Virus record (IMG/VR): IMGVR_UViG_3300027708_000022
Span: 64,001-128,000 of that record
Strand: one strand, 5' to 3'
Length of the DNA stretch: 64,000 nt
Source: a virus
In this document: one piece after another, positions 37,723-48,594 of the stretch
Numbering within the stretch: the stretch's first letter is position 1
Layout: each line of letters opens with the position of its first letter
Program-made: the position numbers and the translations under genes
The notes under the pieces: generated by a model
What the model was told of the DNA's origin: nothing
Seen by the model: only the letters and a program-made list of their open reading frames with translations
Database searches by the model: none

Positions 37723-38003
37723 ATAAGTTTCTCTAATCTAAGTGTTTTGACTTGATTATCGGGTAGAACAAAGGCTCTTGCTCTGAATGATGCTGTACCT
37801 GAAAGTATATCTTCAGATTTAGTAAACTCAACGAGTTTGAGCTCAATCATAGCTTCAGCTATTTTATGTGCAAGTCTTTGTTTGATTTCATTTTCGGTCA
37901 TGGTTCGACCAATTGTATCATAGTCACGAAGTTCCCATTGGCAAACTAAGGCCTTGCCGATGAGGTCAAACGATTTGATTTCTATTTGAGGGAGGTTGTT
38001 CAT
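37719..38003 (-). CDS. hypothetical protein
   Basis: ORF track. Confidence 0.55.
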   Translation of the reverse strand: MNNLPQIEIKSFDLIGKALVCQWELRDYDTIGRTMTENEIKQRLAHKIAEAMIELKLVEFTKSEDILSGTASFRARAFVLPDNQVKTLRLEKLI

Positions 38004-38036
38004 AATATAGTCCTAATGTCACCAGTATATCATAGT

Positions 38037-38651
38037 CTATAAAAACTTGCGGCAAGGATGAAAGAACATTGCCACAAATTTCTTACCGTCTTTAGATGCA
38101 GCATCTAATTTGTACCCAATGTTGATTACTACCGCACGATCAATTGTATAGAACCATTTCATCTTGTACCACCAACCAATCTGGCCTTTTGAATTGGTTA
38201 CTTTCCAAAAACTAGAGTGACTAGTCTTAGTACCCCATAATTCATTGTTATCTCTTGCAACCAAATATACCATGTCGTTTGAATCATAACCAAGGCTCTG
38301 ACCGAACCCATATGCAGGGTTGCGACACAACCATAATATACGATAGGCATAACGCACCAACCAATTTGTATCATAATCATACCTGCGTAGGAATTTTATT
38401 ACACCACTCTGAAGTTCATAGTCGGCATAGTACATTTCATCAGCAGGTGCATCCGGTGTACTGAACCCTTTGAATATAGGCAATAGAAAGTCTCTCTTGA
38501 GGCCTGGATGTAATGATGGGAAACCTGTAACTTCTGATTCTTCTGCCTTGTATGTAAACAAAGCGATGATAGGTGAAAATACAATTGTCACCAGATCCAA
38601 TAATAATAGTGCAGGCACCTTCAGTACCCATAATAGGATAGATAATAACAT
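38037..38651 (-). CDS. hypothetical membrane-anchored protein
   Basis: N-terminal hydrophobic segment; WLCRNPAYGF. Confidence 0.6.
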   Translation of the reverse strand: MLLSILLWVLKVPALLLLDLVTIVFSPIIALFTYKAEESEVTGFPSLHPGLKRDFLLPIFKGFSTPDAPADEMYYADYELQSGVIKFLRRYDYDTNWLVRYAYRILWLCRNPAYGFGQSLGYDSNDMVYLVARDNNELWGTKTSHSSFWKVTNSKGQIGWWYKMKWFYTIDRAVVINIGYKLDAASKDGKKFVAMFFHPCRKFL

Positions 38652-38946
38652 TTTTTATTCCTTTTCTTGGATTATACTATTGTTCCATTACTTATAGTGG
38701 TAATGGTACAAACCCACCAGAAAGGTGGGTTTATTTGAGACAATTGCCTATACTGACAATTCTTCTTGTGGATCTTTTGAGGTCACAAAATTGACATACT
38801 CTACTGCATCATCTTCCTCTGTAAAATACCGAACGATGGTCTGTCCGGTATATAATGAGGTGAACAACAATAAAATATTACAATTTCGATATACGGAAAA
38901 CTTAATAGCCCACCCGTTGCGGGATACAGGGCTAAAACTTTTTGAT

Positions 38947-39204
38947 TTAGCCTTTATTTCCAACATAAGCAAATGACTTGAGTTTTCCGGTTTTGACGAT
39001 TTCTTTTGCATTTTCGCTACATTCTTTAACAATATCTATTACCTTACTGGTGTATGTAGTAAATGTAGAATTTGTAAGTTGGTCAAATGATTTGATGTTG
39101 GACACCTGAAATGCTTCAATAGTATTTAATACTGATTCAGCATATGATTTAATTTTGGCGTCAAATTGACTGACCATTGATTGTGGGTTAAACATATTAA
39201 ACAT
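38947..39204 (-). CDS. hypothetical helical protein
   Basis: ORF track with RBS. Confidence 0.5.
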   Translation of the reverse strand: MFNMFNPQSMVSQFDAKIKSYAESVLNTIEAFQVSNIKSFDQLTNSTFTTYTSKVIDIVKECSENAKEIVKTGKLKSFAYVGNKG

Positions 39205-39554
39205 ATTATTTTCCTGTTTTAGTGTAGTATTCGATTCGTTGCAATCTGGCTTCTACGATTGCTGTAAATAGAACGGTGAAATATTTTGAAATTGTTTGCA
39301 TGGCTATTCCTAATTAAATTTGGTTTGCGTATAGATTCTCATTAAATTCTCAACTTCTGAAATAGTCTGAGGATTATTCTTTAGAATAAATGCCTCAAAC
39401 TGACACTTTGGTTTTAAATAAGATAAAAGTTTCTTAATCATAAATTGTCCTTACTAAGTATTTTAATAGGTATCGTTTGTACTAATACTTTTATTTAGAC
39501 AATATTATACTGCAAACGCACATTTTTTTAGGTATATTTGAAATTAACAACTGT

Positions 39555-39562
39555 TATAAATA
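39555..39562 (+). promoter_or_regulatory. T4-type late promoter TATAAATA
   Basis: Upstream of the only convincing plus-strand gene. Confidence 0.7.
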
Positions 39563-39620
39563 GGTGTAGGTCACCGAGCTGTAACTCGTACCTACTCTAA
39601 CATTGTAAAGGAATGCCAGC

Positions 39621-40247
39621 ATGAATATTTATAAATCGCCAACACAGCGACAAATTGACAATTTCAAACCAACATTTTTATACTTAAAACGCCATAAGGA
39701 TACTAAACTTTATTATTTTGGAAAAACTGCTACATCCGATCCTGTAAAATACAACGGTTCTGGTAAATATTGGAAAAACCATTTGAAAAAATATGGCAAA
39801 AATATTGAAACTGTTTGGTACCAGAAATTTTACGACATACAGAAGTTAATTGGTTTTGCTTCAGCGTTTTCAGAAATTTTTGATATATCAAATTCAGAAT
39901 TGTTTGCAAATTTATGTGAAGAAAATGGTTTAGATGGTGGAGATCCAGGTAAAGCCGCATCAAAAAAAACTAGTCTTGCTCTGAAAGGCAGAAAACAGCC
40001 TCAATCTAGTATAGATAAACGAAAGAAAACCCTTTCAGAGAATCCTATCATTTTTACAGAAAGTCGTAAACAAAAAATATCAAAATCTTTAACTGGTAAA
40101 AAATTATCACAAAAACACATTGAAGCTATGAAACTTGGTTCAAAAACTGAAAAAAGCGTAGAATCTAGGAAACTTAATTTTGACAGAACCGGTAAAATAC
40201 CTTGGAATAAAGGTATTAAAACCGGTAATAAAAACTTAATCTCCTAA
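39621..40247 (+). CDS. GIY-YIG homing endonuclease (Seg-like)
   Basis: FLYLKRH..TKLYYFGKT....Y.GSG..W; NUMOD-like SKSLTGKKLSQKH and PWNKG; opposite strand to neighbours. Confidence 0.8.
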   Translation: MNIYKSPTQRQIDNFKPTFLYLKRHKDTKLYYFGKTATSDPVKYNGSGKYWKNHLKKYGKNIETVWYQKFYDIQKLIGFASAFSEIFDISNSELFANLCEENGLDGGDPGKAASKKTSLALKGRKQPQSSIDKRKKTLSENPIIFTESRKQKISKSLTGKKLSQKHIEAMKLGSKTEKSVESRKLNFDRTGKIPWNKGIKTGNKNLIS

Positions 40248-40979
40248 TTTTTCGCAAGCTATAATCCAAGATTTAACCAATGAAGATCGGCAGATATCTT
40301 CAGGAGTAAAATGAATCCTACTGAATTCAGGCATGGTTTCAGCAACCCTAAGAAAATCACCTAATCCGGAAATATCGTGTTTATTCTTAATTAGATCATT
40401 TTGTTTTGTGTCACCACAGAAAATTATCTTGGATCTGTAACCAACTCTAGTCACAATAGAAGATAACTCGTGGAATGTCATTGATTGACATTCATCAACT
40501 ACTACAATAGCATCATCAAAAGTACAACCTCTAAGAAAACTTGTACTTACAAATTGAATAAAATCCTGTTCACAAAGTCTCTGGTAAGCATCTTTGCGAC
40601 CAAATAGAGTTTCGCAAATTTGGTGATAAGGTTGTTCATATAAACTCATCTTATCTTCGACCGATCCTGGAGTAAATCCCATGTCTCGGCCTTGAACAGC
40701 TGACCGCACAATGATAACCTTTTTGAAAGGATTGGACTTATCCAATACTTCTTCTAAAGCTTTGTATAAAGCAATAAAAGATTTACCCACACCAGCTGAT
40801 CCTGACAACATCATAAAGTAGTCTTGTCTCTTGTATGCATCAAAAAATAGTTTCTGATTCTCAGTCAATGGGTCAAATGTCTTTAGGTCATCTATCCTGA
40901 TCTTCAGTTGTGTACCAGGTCGTGGTGTTGTAGGTTTAGGTTCTACAAAGGTGTCGGTTGTTTGCTGCTTTCTGGCCAT
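40236..40979 (-). CDS. phoH: PhoH-like ATPase
   Basis: GSAGVGKS, GFTPG, FLRGCTF, VVDECQ, IIFCGD..Q.DL; likely start MARKQ. Confidence 0.9.
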   Translation of the reverse strand: MARKQQTTDTFVEPKPTTPRPGTQLKIRIDDLKTFDPLTENQKLFFDAYKRQDYFMMLSGSAGVGKSFIALYKALEEVLDKSNPFKKVIIVRSAVQGRDMGFTPGSVEDKMSLYEQPYHQICETLFGRKDAYQRLCEQDFIQFVSTSFLRGCTFDDAIVVVDECQSMTFHELSSIVTRVGYRSKIIFCGDTKQNDLIKNKHDISGLGDFLRVAETMPEFSRIHFTPEDICRSSLVKSWIIACEKLGD

Positions 40980-41389
40980 TTTAGTTTTCCTAATACATGG
41001 GTTTTGTGAATCTTGCAAGTTACCCAAGAGTTATAATACTGGTCACTCAATAGGGCGTGCCTGTTAAAAATCTCAAATGTTTCTAAATAATTACATTCGG
41101 ATCTAGTCTTACAAAGGTGTAGTATCTCTCTAGTAAATTTGTCCTCTCCTTCATGTTTAACTTCTGCTTGCAATTCTGTATTGCTTCCCCAATACTCTAG
41201 CCAATCACTGGCCTTCCGTACCTTTTTCTTTTTACCCTTGATTTGACGATAACCAGCCTTAGTGAACAATTTCTTGCCCACATACCGTTTACCTGTTTGA
41301 ATATTGGTGATAAGATACACATAGCCAATGTTATCGGCTATGTGTTCTTCTTTGAATTCTTCTGCTGTATTATGATAAAACCAAGTCAA
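40943..41389 (-). CDS. GIY-YIG family endonuclease
   Basis: GYVYLITN..TGKRYVGKK, YWGS, FTREILHLC. Confidence 0.75.
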   Translation of the reverse strand: MTWFYHNTAEEFKEEHIADNIGYVYLITNIQTGKRYVGKKLFTKAGYRQIKGKKKKVRKASDWLEYWGSNTELQAEVKHEGEDKFTREILHLCKTRSECNYLETFEIFNRHALLSDQYYNSWVTCKIHKTHVLGKLKWPESSKQPTPL

Positions 41390-41668
41390 TATTATTCCTC
41401 GTCTTGTTCCAACTCATTCTCTAGTATATATTCTGCACAGAAGGGACAAAACTTTGGATCATCTTCACATAACAACTCATCATAATCAATTGTAAATTTA
41501 GAATCACAATTTGAACAATGGTGCTTTAAACTTTTCATTTATTTACCAAAATATGATTTAATTTTTGCCTGTGCGGCTACAGCCCAAAATGGTTGCGGAA
41601 AATTCCACCCAACAAAAACACCAACTGCGGACCAAAATAGAATTTCTAGCATTTAAATCTCCTTGTTA

Positions 41669-42472
41669 TCATTTACATTTACTATGTTTTTCTTTGAGTG
41701 CTGCATCAAAATTGACAGGCCATAGTGGCAATTTTGAGTTCTTATTTGCATTGGACGGCACAGGTATTACCATACCGGCATACTTCTCAATCTCCGCAAC
41801 CGTTGTTTGTACAGATGATATATTAGAACCTAATCCATTCTTATGTGGAAATAGAAAAGCGAAAGTCTCTCCTGTTTGAGTATCTATAACAACTTTGAAA
41901 AACGCTTTAGGAACAACAACTTTATTCACACCTATGGATGGGTCTCCGTATGCATATATTGGTCCAGTCGTAATTTGTAATGTGTGATTGCGCTGCCAAG
42001 CCCATACACGAACATCAGTTTCTAATACCTTCCAAATACCACGATTAAGGTTTGGTAATTGTGGAGACATATTGGTCATTAAAAATGATTCTAACTGAAT
42101 ATATTGGTCATATGATAAATCACCATCAGGAACATTATGTCCCTTATCATATCCTGTATCTGCATAGTCATCTGGTGTAGACCTTTTGTCTTTAGGTAAG
42201 GACACATCAGTAGCAAATGAATTAGTGCGTGGCCAACAACCCAACGCATTCTCAGGTTTTAGTGTGTATACTACATAAACAGGAATCTTTGCAATATTAT
42301 CATATACAGTATAGTAACCGTGCCGACAAATGGATGTTGTGTCTTTCTTTTGTATCACTGGTGCACCATAAGGTACAAACTGAGCACATGATTGGACAGG
42401 CAATGGTGCCTGTTGATCCCAACCAAACGCTGAAGGTACCACAAATAGTAATGTTAATAATAGATGTTTCAT
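41669..42472 (-). CDS. DNA/RNA non-specific endonuclease (NucA-like) with signal peptide
   Basis: YDKGH, SFLMTNMSPQ...LNRGIWK.LE, VPKAFFKV; start MKHLLL. Confidence 0.85.
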   Translation of the reverse strand: MKHLLLTLLFVVPSAFGWDQQAPLPVQSCAQFVPYGAPVIQKKDTTSICRHGYYTVYDNIAKIPVYVVYTLKPENALGCWPRTNSFATDVSLPKDKRSTPDDYADTGYDKGHNVPDGDLSYDQYIQLESFLMTNMSPQLPNLNRGIWKVLETDVRVWAWQRNHTLQITTGPIYAYGDPSIGVNKVVVPKAFFKVVIDTQTGETFAFLFPHKNGLGSNISSVQTTVAEIEKYAGMVIPVPSNANKNSKLPLWPVNFDAALKEKHSKCK

Positions 42473-42473
42473 T

Positions 42474-43484
42474 TTAATCCTTATTAGCACTACCCCACAC
42501 ATCATTCCATGTACCACTCAATGCACCCTTCGCATAGTCGGTAGCACGATTCTCAAAGAAATTGGTGTGAGTCGGTGCGTTAATCATTACTTCCACCCAC
42601 GGTAATGGGTTGCGTTTGACTTTGAAAATGCCTTTCATGCCTAGGCCAATCAATCGTCTATCTGCTATATATCTAATATATTTCTTTACATCTTCTTTAG
42701 TGAGGTTTTCACCTTCTACAATACCAAAGGCTAGGTCAATAAACCTATCTTCTAGTTCAACCATTTTCTCTGCAATGGCGTATATACTTGATTTCAGTTC
42801 ATCATTCCAAATCTCTGGGTTCTCGTTAATATAGGTCTTAAACAACTTCATCATGTTCTCAGCGTGCATTGTTTCATCAACAATAGACCAAGTAATGATT
42901 TGACCCATGCCCTTCATCTTACCGTGACGAGGAAAGTTTAGTAACATAATAAAGGAACTAAACAACTGCATACCCTCTGTGAATGCTGAGAACACCGCAA
43001 TGTGACGAGCTGTGTTCTCTTTTGTGCCATTCTTGTCTGAAATATCTAGAACATAATCATGTTTGTCTTTCATCTCCTGATACTGTAGAAATTCATTGTA
43101 TGTGGTATCAGGCAAACCAAGTGTTTCAATCAGGTGTGAGTATGCAGCAATATGTAATGCCTCACGAGCCGCAAAGCCCATCAACATCATACGAACCTCT
43201 GGTTGTGGGAAATATGGTAAATAGTTCTTTACATAACCACCTGCTACATCAATATCACCTTGAGTAAAGAATCGGAAGATATGTGTTAGAAATTGTTTCT
43301 CACCTTCTGTTAGTTTCTTTTTCCAATCTTTAACATCTTCAAGCATTGGTACTTCTGAGTGAATCCAATGCGACTGCTCATGTTTTAACCATGCATCATA
43401 TGCCCAAGGATAGTTAAATGGCTTAAAACTATCTCTTGCATCTGTAATTTTACTTTCTATTTTCTTAATCATCTTTTTTCTCAT
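42474..43484 (-). CDS. nrdB: ribonucleotide reductase class Ia beta subunit
   Basis: FFTQGD, EALH..AY, EGMQLFSSF, DETMH, NFFENRATDY. Confidence 0.95.
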   Translation of the reverse strand: MRKKMIKKIESKITDARDSFKPFNYPWAYDAWLKHEQSHWIHSEVPMLEDVKDWKKKLTEGEKQFLTHIFRFFTQGDIDVAGGYVKNYLPYFPQPEVRMMLMGFAAREALHIAAYSHLIETLGLPDTTYNEFLQYQEMKDKHDYVLDISDKNGTKENTARHIAVFSAFTEGMQLFSSFIMLLNFPRHGKMKGMGQIITWSIVDETMHAENMMKLFKTYINENPEIWNDELKSSIYAIAEKMVELEDRFIDLAFGIVEGENLTKEDVKKYIRYIADRRLIGLGMKGIFKVKRNPLPWVEVMINAPTHTNFFENRATDYAKGALSGTWNDVWGSANKD

Positions 43485-44100
43485 ACATTGTGGTGTTTGT
43501 ATCTCCTAGTGCCCATTTAGCATCAGTCTCTACAGACCATCGCTTCGTTGCTACTCTGAAATCAGGGAGTTTTAATTCTTTGGGATTGCTACTTGGTTCC
43601 AAGATTATCATTCTATTGTTTGGTTGTGCTGCGTATTGACCATTATCACATTTAATAAAGTTATATGACTTATGATCTTCAACATCTTCACTAAAACCAG
43701 TATCAATTATATTAAAATCAGGGTGAGCCGAATCAACTGTAAACATATACTCACCATATCTCCAATCACCGACTTTCGTTTTAAACTTACACTTCATAGA
43801 TTGCAATTGTGCCTTTTTAATTACTGTAATATCATATGACAAACAATCCCACAATTGTAAATAATCTAAAGGCATTTCATTTTCAACTTTTTTCCAACAA
43901 AATGCATGAAGTGGTAACTTATCATACAATGCACCATATTCATTAAGATAGGCTTCAATACGGAAGGCCTGACCTCTTAATGATTTGATTGATACCCACC
44001 AACAAGGAACTAATTCACCAAATCCTTTTTGAAAATCATAAAGAAACTCTTTACGAACAAAACATTTTACTGGTGGTAGATTTGCAATAATATGTGCCAT
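43465..44100 (-). CDS. conserved phage hypothetical protein between nrdA and nrdB
   Basis: ANLPP..CFVRKEFLYD, GALYDKLP, LQLWDC, NGQYAAQPNNR. Confidence 0.7.
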   Translation of the reverse strand: MAHIIANLPPVKCFVRKEFLYDFQKGFGELVPCWWVSIKSLRGQAFRIEAYLNEYGALYDKLPLHAFCWKKVENEMPLDYLQLWDCLSYDITVIKKAQLQSMKCKFKTKVGDWRYGEYMFTVDSAHPDFNIIDTGFSEDVEDHKSYNFIKCDNGQYAAQPNNRMIILEPSSNPKELKLPDFRVATKRWSVETDAKWALGDTNTTMYEKKDD

Positions 44101-44104
44101 GTTG

Positions 44105-45895
44105 CTAGCCTTCGCAAGCAATGCAAATTTCACCGGCAGCAATTGCTGACATATCCAATTCTTTAATAATTTCTCTTTCTATTCTTTTTGATACCTTATC
44201 AGCTTTAGCTAATTTCTCTGAGCGAGCATAGTAAAGCGTTTTTACTTTTCTTTTCCAGGCCATAAAATGAACAGCATGGAGATACTTCACATTAACATCT
44301 GGCCTAAAGAATAGATTTAACGATTGAGCTTGGTCAATATGTTGTTGGCGATCAGCAGCGTGTTCAATTACCCAAAATTGGTCAATTTCCATTGCTGTCT
44401 TGAATACAAACTTTTCATTTTCATCAAGCATCGTTAGGTGTTGTACTGAACCATCATTAGCAATGATACTAGACCATGTATCGGCCATCTGGTCATCAGT
44501 TAAATTTTTACTGCGAAGCAATGCATCAAGAAATTTATTCTTATTCAGGTGAGAACCTGACAAAGTATCTTGACGGTAAGCATTAGCCCGATAAGGTTCA
44601 ATACTAGGGCTAGTATTACCCATGATAATGGAACTGGATGCATTTGGTGCTATCGCCATAACATGACTAAAACGAAAACCAGTGCCCACAGCGTCAGGAG
44701 CTTCACCCCGTTCTTGGCCAAGTTGAATATTAGCATCATTTAATCCTTTTCTAATATGACTAAACATTTGATTGTTTGCGATTTTAGCCATCACACCTTC
44801 AAATGCCAAGTTTTTCTTCTGTAGGTAGGCATGGAAACCTAATGCACCAACACCAATCGACCTCTCACGCATTGCAGAGAATTTAGCACGAGCAATACCA
44901 TCATGTGCATGGTCAATGAAATACTGTAATACATTATCTAGCATCTCAGCTATGTCTTTTAGAAACAATGGATTATCTTTCCATTCATCATAGTATTCTA
45001 GGTTGACTGATGATAAACAACACACCGCGGTGCGGTCTTTGTCAGTAGGTAGAATAATCTCGGAACAGAGGTTTGATTGCTTAATTGATAGACCAAGTTT
45101 CTTTTGAAACTCAGGCATGGCACGGTTGCTTGTGTCGATGTAATGAATATATGGTTCACCTGTTAACATACGAGTTTCAAGTATGCGTTGCCATAATTCA
45201 CGAGCAGGAATGGTATCACGCACTTCACCAGAAGCGGGGTCTTTTAGTTCCCATGTATCGTCCACATTGGCATCCAACATAGAGGCCTCAACCAATTGCA
45301 TGAAGTCATCGGTGATATTAACACCGTGATGCAGGTTAAGTGTACGCATATTCTGGTCACCCGTTGGTTTACGCATCTCTAAAAACATTAGAATGTCTGG
45401 ATGATTGATATCAAGGTATGCAGCATAACTACCACGGCGTGTGCGGCCTTGACGATATGCCAATGACGATGCATCATAGGTTCTAAGGTGAGGCATAACA
45501 CCGGTTGATTTATCACCTGCACTACGAATGCCTACACCAATACCAATGCCACCACCCAACATTGATAACCAGTTTACTTCCGAGAGACAATCGACCAAAC
45601 CTTCTGCGCTATCATGAAGATAAGGTAAGAAGCATGATATAGGAAGGCCACGAGCACTACGCCCAAAAGAAAGAATGGGAGTAGAATAACTGAGCCAATG
45701 GTTACTGCTGTAGTCATATAATCTCTGCGAATGTTCCAAGTTTGACCCGAACGCTTTCGATACATATGCAAACCTCTCCTGTGGTGATTTTTCTTCTTCT
45801 TTCATGTACGATTCTTTCAATCGTAAAATACCTAATTCATCAAACAAACCATCACGAGAATAGTCTACCATAATACCGTTAACGATATCTTGCAT
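44105..45895 (-). CDS. nrdA: ribonucleotide reductase class Ia alpha subunit
   Basis: PISCF, QSNLCSEI, CCLSS, APNASSS, KTLYY, C-terminal CIACEG. Confidence 0.95.
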   Translation of the reverse strand: MQDIVNGIMVDYSRDGLFDELGILRLKESYMKEEEKSPQERFAYVSKAFGSNLEHSQRLYDYSSNHWLSYSTPILSFGRSARGLPISCFLPYLHDSAEGLVDCLSEVNWLSMLGGGIGIGVGIRSAGDKSTGVMPHLRTYDASSLAYRQGRTRRGSYAAYLDINHPDILMFLEMRKPTGDQNMRTLNLHHGVNITDDFMQLVEASMLDANVDDTWELKDPASGEVRDTIPARELWQRILETRMLTGEPYIHYIDTSNRAMPEFQKKLGLSIKQSNLCSEIILPTDKDRTAVCCLSSVNLEYYDEWKDNPLFLKDIAEMLDNVLQYFIDHAHDGIARAKFSAMRERSIGVGALGFHAYLQKKNLAFEGVMAKIANNQMFSHIRKGLNDANIQLGQERGEAPDAVGTGFRFSHVMAIAPNASSSIIMGNTSPSIEPYRANAYRQDTLSGSHLNKNKFLDALLRSKNLTDDQMADTWSSIIANDGSVQHLTMLDENEKFVFKTAMEIDQFWVIEHAADRQQHIDQAQSLNLFFRPDVNVKYLHAVHFMAWKRKVKTLYYARSEKLAKADKVSKRIEREIIKELDMSAIAAGEICIACEG

Positions 45896-45912
45896 TAAAA
45901 ACTCCGTTATTA

Positions 45913-46593
45913 TTATTTTGTTACAAACTCTGACGCCATCGGGAATACTTTGGCAATTACTTCAGCACAGGCTCTTGCGACCTGCATATGTTCTTTTTGC
46001 GTACCGTTACCTGAACGCACTTGAATAAAGTGTAGCCAACTTCTGAGAGTGCCATTAACATATAAACGACTTACTGTTAGACCTTCTGGTAATACAACAC
46101 GAGCTTGTTCTTTTGCAATACCATGTGTTACTGCCCACTCATAAGCTTTCTTTGAAGAATTGATTACGTCTTGTTGTAACCATTTCCATTGTTCTTTAAG
46201 ATTTTCACCAAATAAAGTATCTTCAATCTCTACACTATTCTGACGATTCTTTGTGTCTTGCAACCTTGCTTCTCTCAATACGAAATCCAAATCTTTGGTT
46301 GGGTCAGCATATCGTTGACTAAATTCCTGGAAGGAAAAACTTCGGTGTCTTAGTATTTGTCTAGCAATATCCCTGGTGGTGGTAACCTCTAGACACACAC
46401 TCACAGTTTCCAATGGACTCCAATGAGCATTCTTTACCAAATAATTGATAAGTTTTTCTGAGGTTTCTGTATTGAGTTGGTTACTAGGGTTTGATACACG
46501 AGCGCAGAATGCAACCAAGTCTTGCATATTTTCTAAGCCTTCATTACGCATTTCTTCTGTTGGCTGACTATAGCTTATAATTTTCACGTTCAT
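45913..46593 (-). CDS. thyX: flavin-dependent thymidylate synthase
   Basis: HWSPLE, RQILRHRSFSFQEFSQRY, TQKEH. Confidence 0.95.
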   Translation of the reverse strand: MNVKIISYSQPTEEMRNEGLENMQDLVAFCARVSNPSNQLNTETSEKLINYLVKNAHWSPLETVSVCLEVTTTRDIARQILRHRSFSFQEFSQRYADPTKDLDFVLREARLQDTKNRQNSVEIEDTLFGENLKEQWKWLQQDVINSSKKAYEWAVTHGIAKEQARVVLPEGLTVSRLYVNGTLRSWLHFIQVRSGNGTQKEHMQVARACAEVIAKVFPMASEFVTK

Positions 46594-47618
46594 ACTTTTT
46601 TCCATTGATTAAATTTTATTTGAGCTTGCAACCCTCTGAAGGTGTTACTACTTATAATACTTTCTATTTCATCCGGTGAAATACCAGACATTATCACCTC
46701 ATTTATATCTTTACCTTGCAACGTATCAGGCCAAATCACAATGTTATGTCCTAATGTAATTGCAGATTGCATCATTCTCACAATATCCTTGTTTCGGTTT
46801 TCATTGTCATAAATTAAAACCTTATTAACGGCAGAAATTTTATCTGCTACTTGTATAAGGTTTGCATCAGCAGCTGCAAGACAGTTATTTATGAATAAAC
46901 TATCTATAGGACCCTCTACAATCTTTACCGTATCATGTATATTTAATCTATCCATACCGAATATAAGTTTATTATCACTAGTATCTGTCCGCACAGTAAC
47001 ATATCTCAGAGTCTTGTCCGAAGTCTCCAATGCACGGCCAGACACAGCTACAAGACTGTTGTACTCATCATAGAACGGTATAACTAGTCGTGCATCATCA
47101 AACAATACTTTGCCGTGATCTGGTACCAAGGCATCAATAAACTTCTTATAGTGTTGGGTGAACAATAATTTGCCATGTACACTATTGGGTATCTTTCTCT
47201 TAGTTAGGTATGTTAGGCAGAAATGACCAGTAGGCAACTTGTCACACCATTCGGCGTGTTCAAATGTTTTTTCTTTATCAACCTTATCAAATCTAGGTGA
47301 TGGTACATTAAAGGTTGGTTGTTTGGCATTAGTATGACCACTATTGCCAGACCTATATCGTTCAAGGATATATTCCTTGTATAGTGTACTATCAACGTGC
47401 TCAAGTAACTTACCTAGACTAGTGCCTAGGCCACAGTTTTTACATGAGTAGAAGAGGTTATTGCCTTTTTTGTAGACGTAACCGCGAGCCTTGGTAAGGT
47501 TCTTGGTTGAGTCGCCACAAACAGGACAGGAAAAGTTCCAAAGGTAATCATTTTTACGTTTGAAATTACGGAGACGGTGGGACAAGAGTCCCACAAATTT
47601 TGTTTCAATATGTATCAT
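46590..47618 (-). CDS. 61: DNA primase gp61
   Basis: CPVCGDS...KARG...CKNCG; VEGPIDSLF; YDNE; KDINE. Confidence 0.92.
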   Translation of the reverse strand: MIHIETKFVGLLSHRLRNFKRKNDYLWNFSCPVCGDSTKNLTKARGYVYKKGNNLFYSCKNCGLGTSLGKLLEHVDSTLYKEYILERYRSGNSGHTNAKQPTFNVPSPRFDKVDKEKTFEHAEWCDKLPTGHFCLTYLTKRKIPNSVHGKLLFTQHYKKFIDALVPDHGKVLFDDARLVIPFYDEYNSLVAVSGRALETSDKTLRYVTVRTDTSDNKLIFGMDRLNIHDTVKIVEGPIDSLFINNCLAAADANLIQVADKISAVNKVLIYDNENRNKDIVRMMQSAITLGHNIVIWPDTLQGKDINEVIMSGISPDEIESIISSNTFRGLQAQIKFNQWKKV

Positions 47619-47655
47619 AATATAAGTATAACATAAAAACTAAGGCAATGCAAAC

Positions 47656-48153
47656 TTATTTTAACAATTTCTCTACAATATCTAGATGCCCAAACAACCA
47701 TCCACCAATACCGATGGCACCAACAATCATCCATTTCCACTTTTCTATTTCAGCAACCCTGTCACCAATTTTGCCTTTGTCCACATCTTTCTCGACAACC
47801 TTGTTTTGATTTTCATCTTGAGGTTTATGGTTAATCAAATCAGATCGTAATGCATCAATCCTTTCGGTAATGCGATGCTCAACTTGGTCTATCCTATCAT
47901 GAATTTCACGGTTGATTGTTGTAATTCTAGAATGAAGCTCTTTATAATCTTGCTTCAAATCATATTCTGCTCTCTCATGTTGCTCATGTTTATTATCATG
48001 CAAAGCGATCATCCTTATAAGGTTCATATTCATTTCTTGAATCTTTTCGATAGATTCGGATAGCTTGTCACATAACAAGCTGGTGTGCTGAATGTCTTTG
48101 TTCAACAAACCGACTTGTAATTTGACTTCATTGAATTCTTGTTCGATAGCCAT
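47656..48153 (-). CDS. coiled-coil protein with C-terminal TM helix
   Basis: EKWKWMIVGAIGIGGWLFG; TATAAATA at 48226-48233. Confidence 0.6.
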   Translation of the reverse strand: MAIEQEFNEVKLQVGLLNKDIQHTSLLCDKLSESIEKIQEMNMNLIRMIALHDNKHEQHERAEYDLKQDYKELHSRITTINREIHDRIDQVEHRITERIDALRSDLINHKPQDENQNKVVEKDVDKGKIGDRVAEIEKWKWMIVGAIGIGGWLFGHLDIVEKLLK

Positions 48154-48339
48154 TGTTTGATTCCATGTTTCTATATACCTTTATGATTGTTATTGCCCTA
48201 TAAAGGCCTTTGGTATAAGTATTCTTATTTATATTGATCTTACCATGGTAATCTATAGACTATCAAAAGCATACACCACCAATTATAACATCGTCAAGAG
48301 GGTTAAAGTGGTAATGTTATCAATTTATTTTAAGAATAC

Positions 48340-48594
48340 CTACAATGGTGGTTGGTGTGCAGGTGGTTGTGTGAAATTAGAAGTTATTTGAGTATTGTTG
48401 TTTTCACTAGAACTTATATCATCCATCGTTGCAAAACCCATATACGAACCAACCACAGCAGATACAAAGAGATAAAACGGCATTGCAATTGTACCAAGTG
48501 TGGGTGATTCAGATACTAAAATAAGTAACGGAAACACCAATCCAGCAAGCATTGATAGCCATGCCATTCTGCGCCTGTTTTTCCAACGATCCAT
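48340..48594 (-). CDS. probable holin (2 TM)
   Basis: RRRMAW plus two hydrophobic helices, next to the endolysin. Confidence 0.55.
   Translation of the reverse strand: MDRWKNRRRMAWLSMLAGLVFPLLILVSESPTLGTIAMPFYLFVSAVVGSYMGFATMDDISSSENNNTQITSNFTQPPAHQPPL

Noticed and set aside
38947-39204. Phasin-like call
   Set aside because: Only a general helical, amphipathic impression with no diagnostic motif.
42474-45895. Intron or intein in nrdA/nrdB
   Set aside because: Both genes are contiguous and compact; the intervening ORF is a separate gene.
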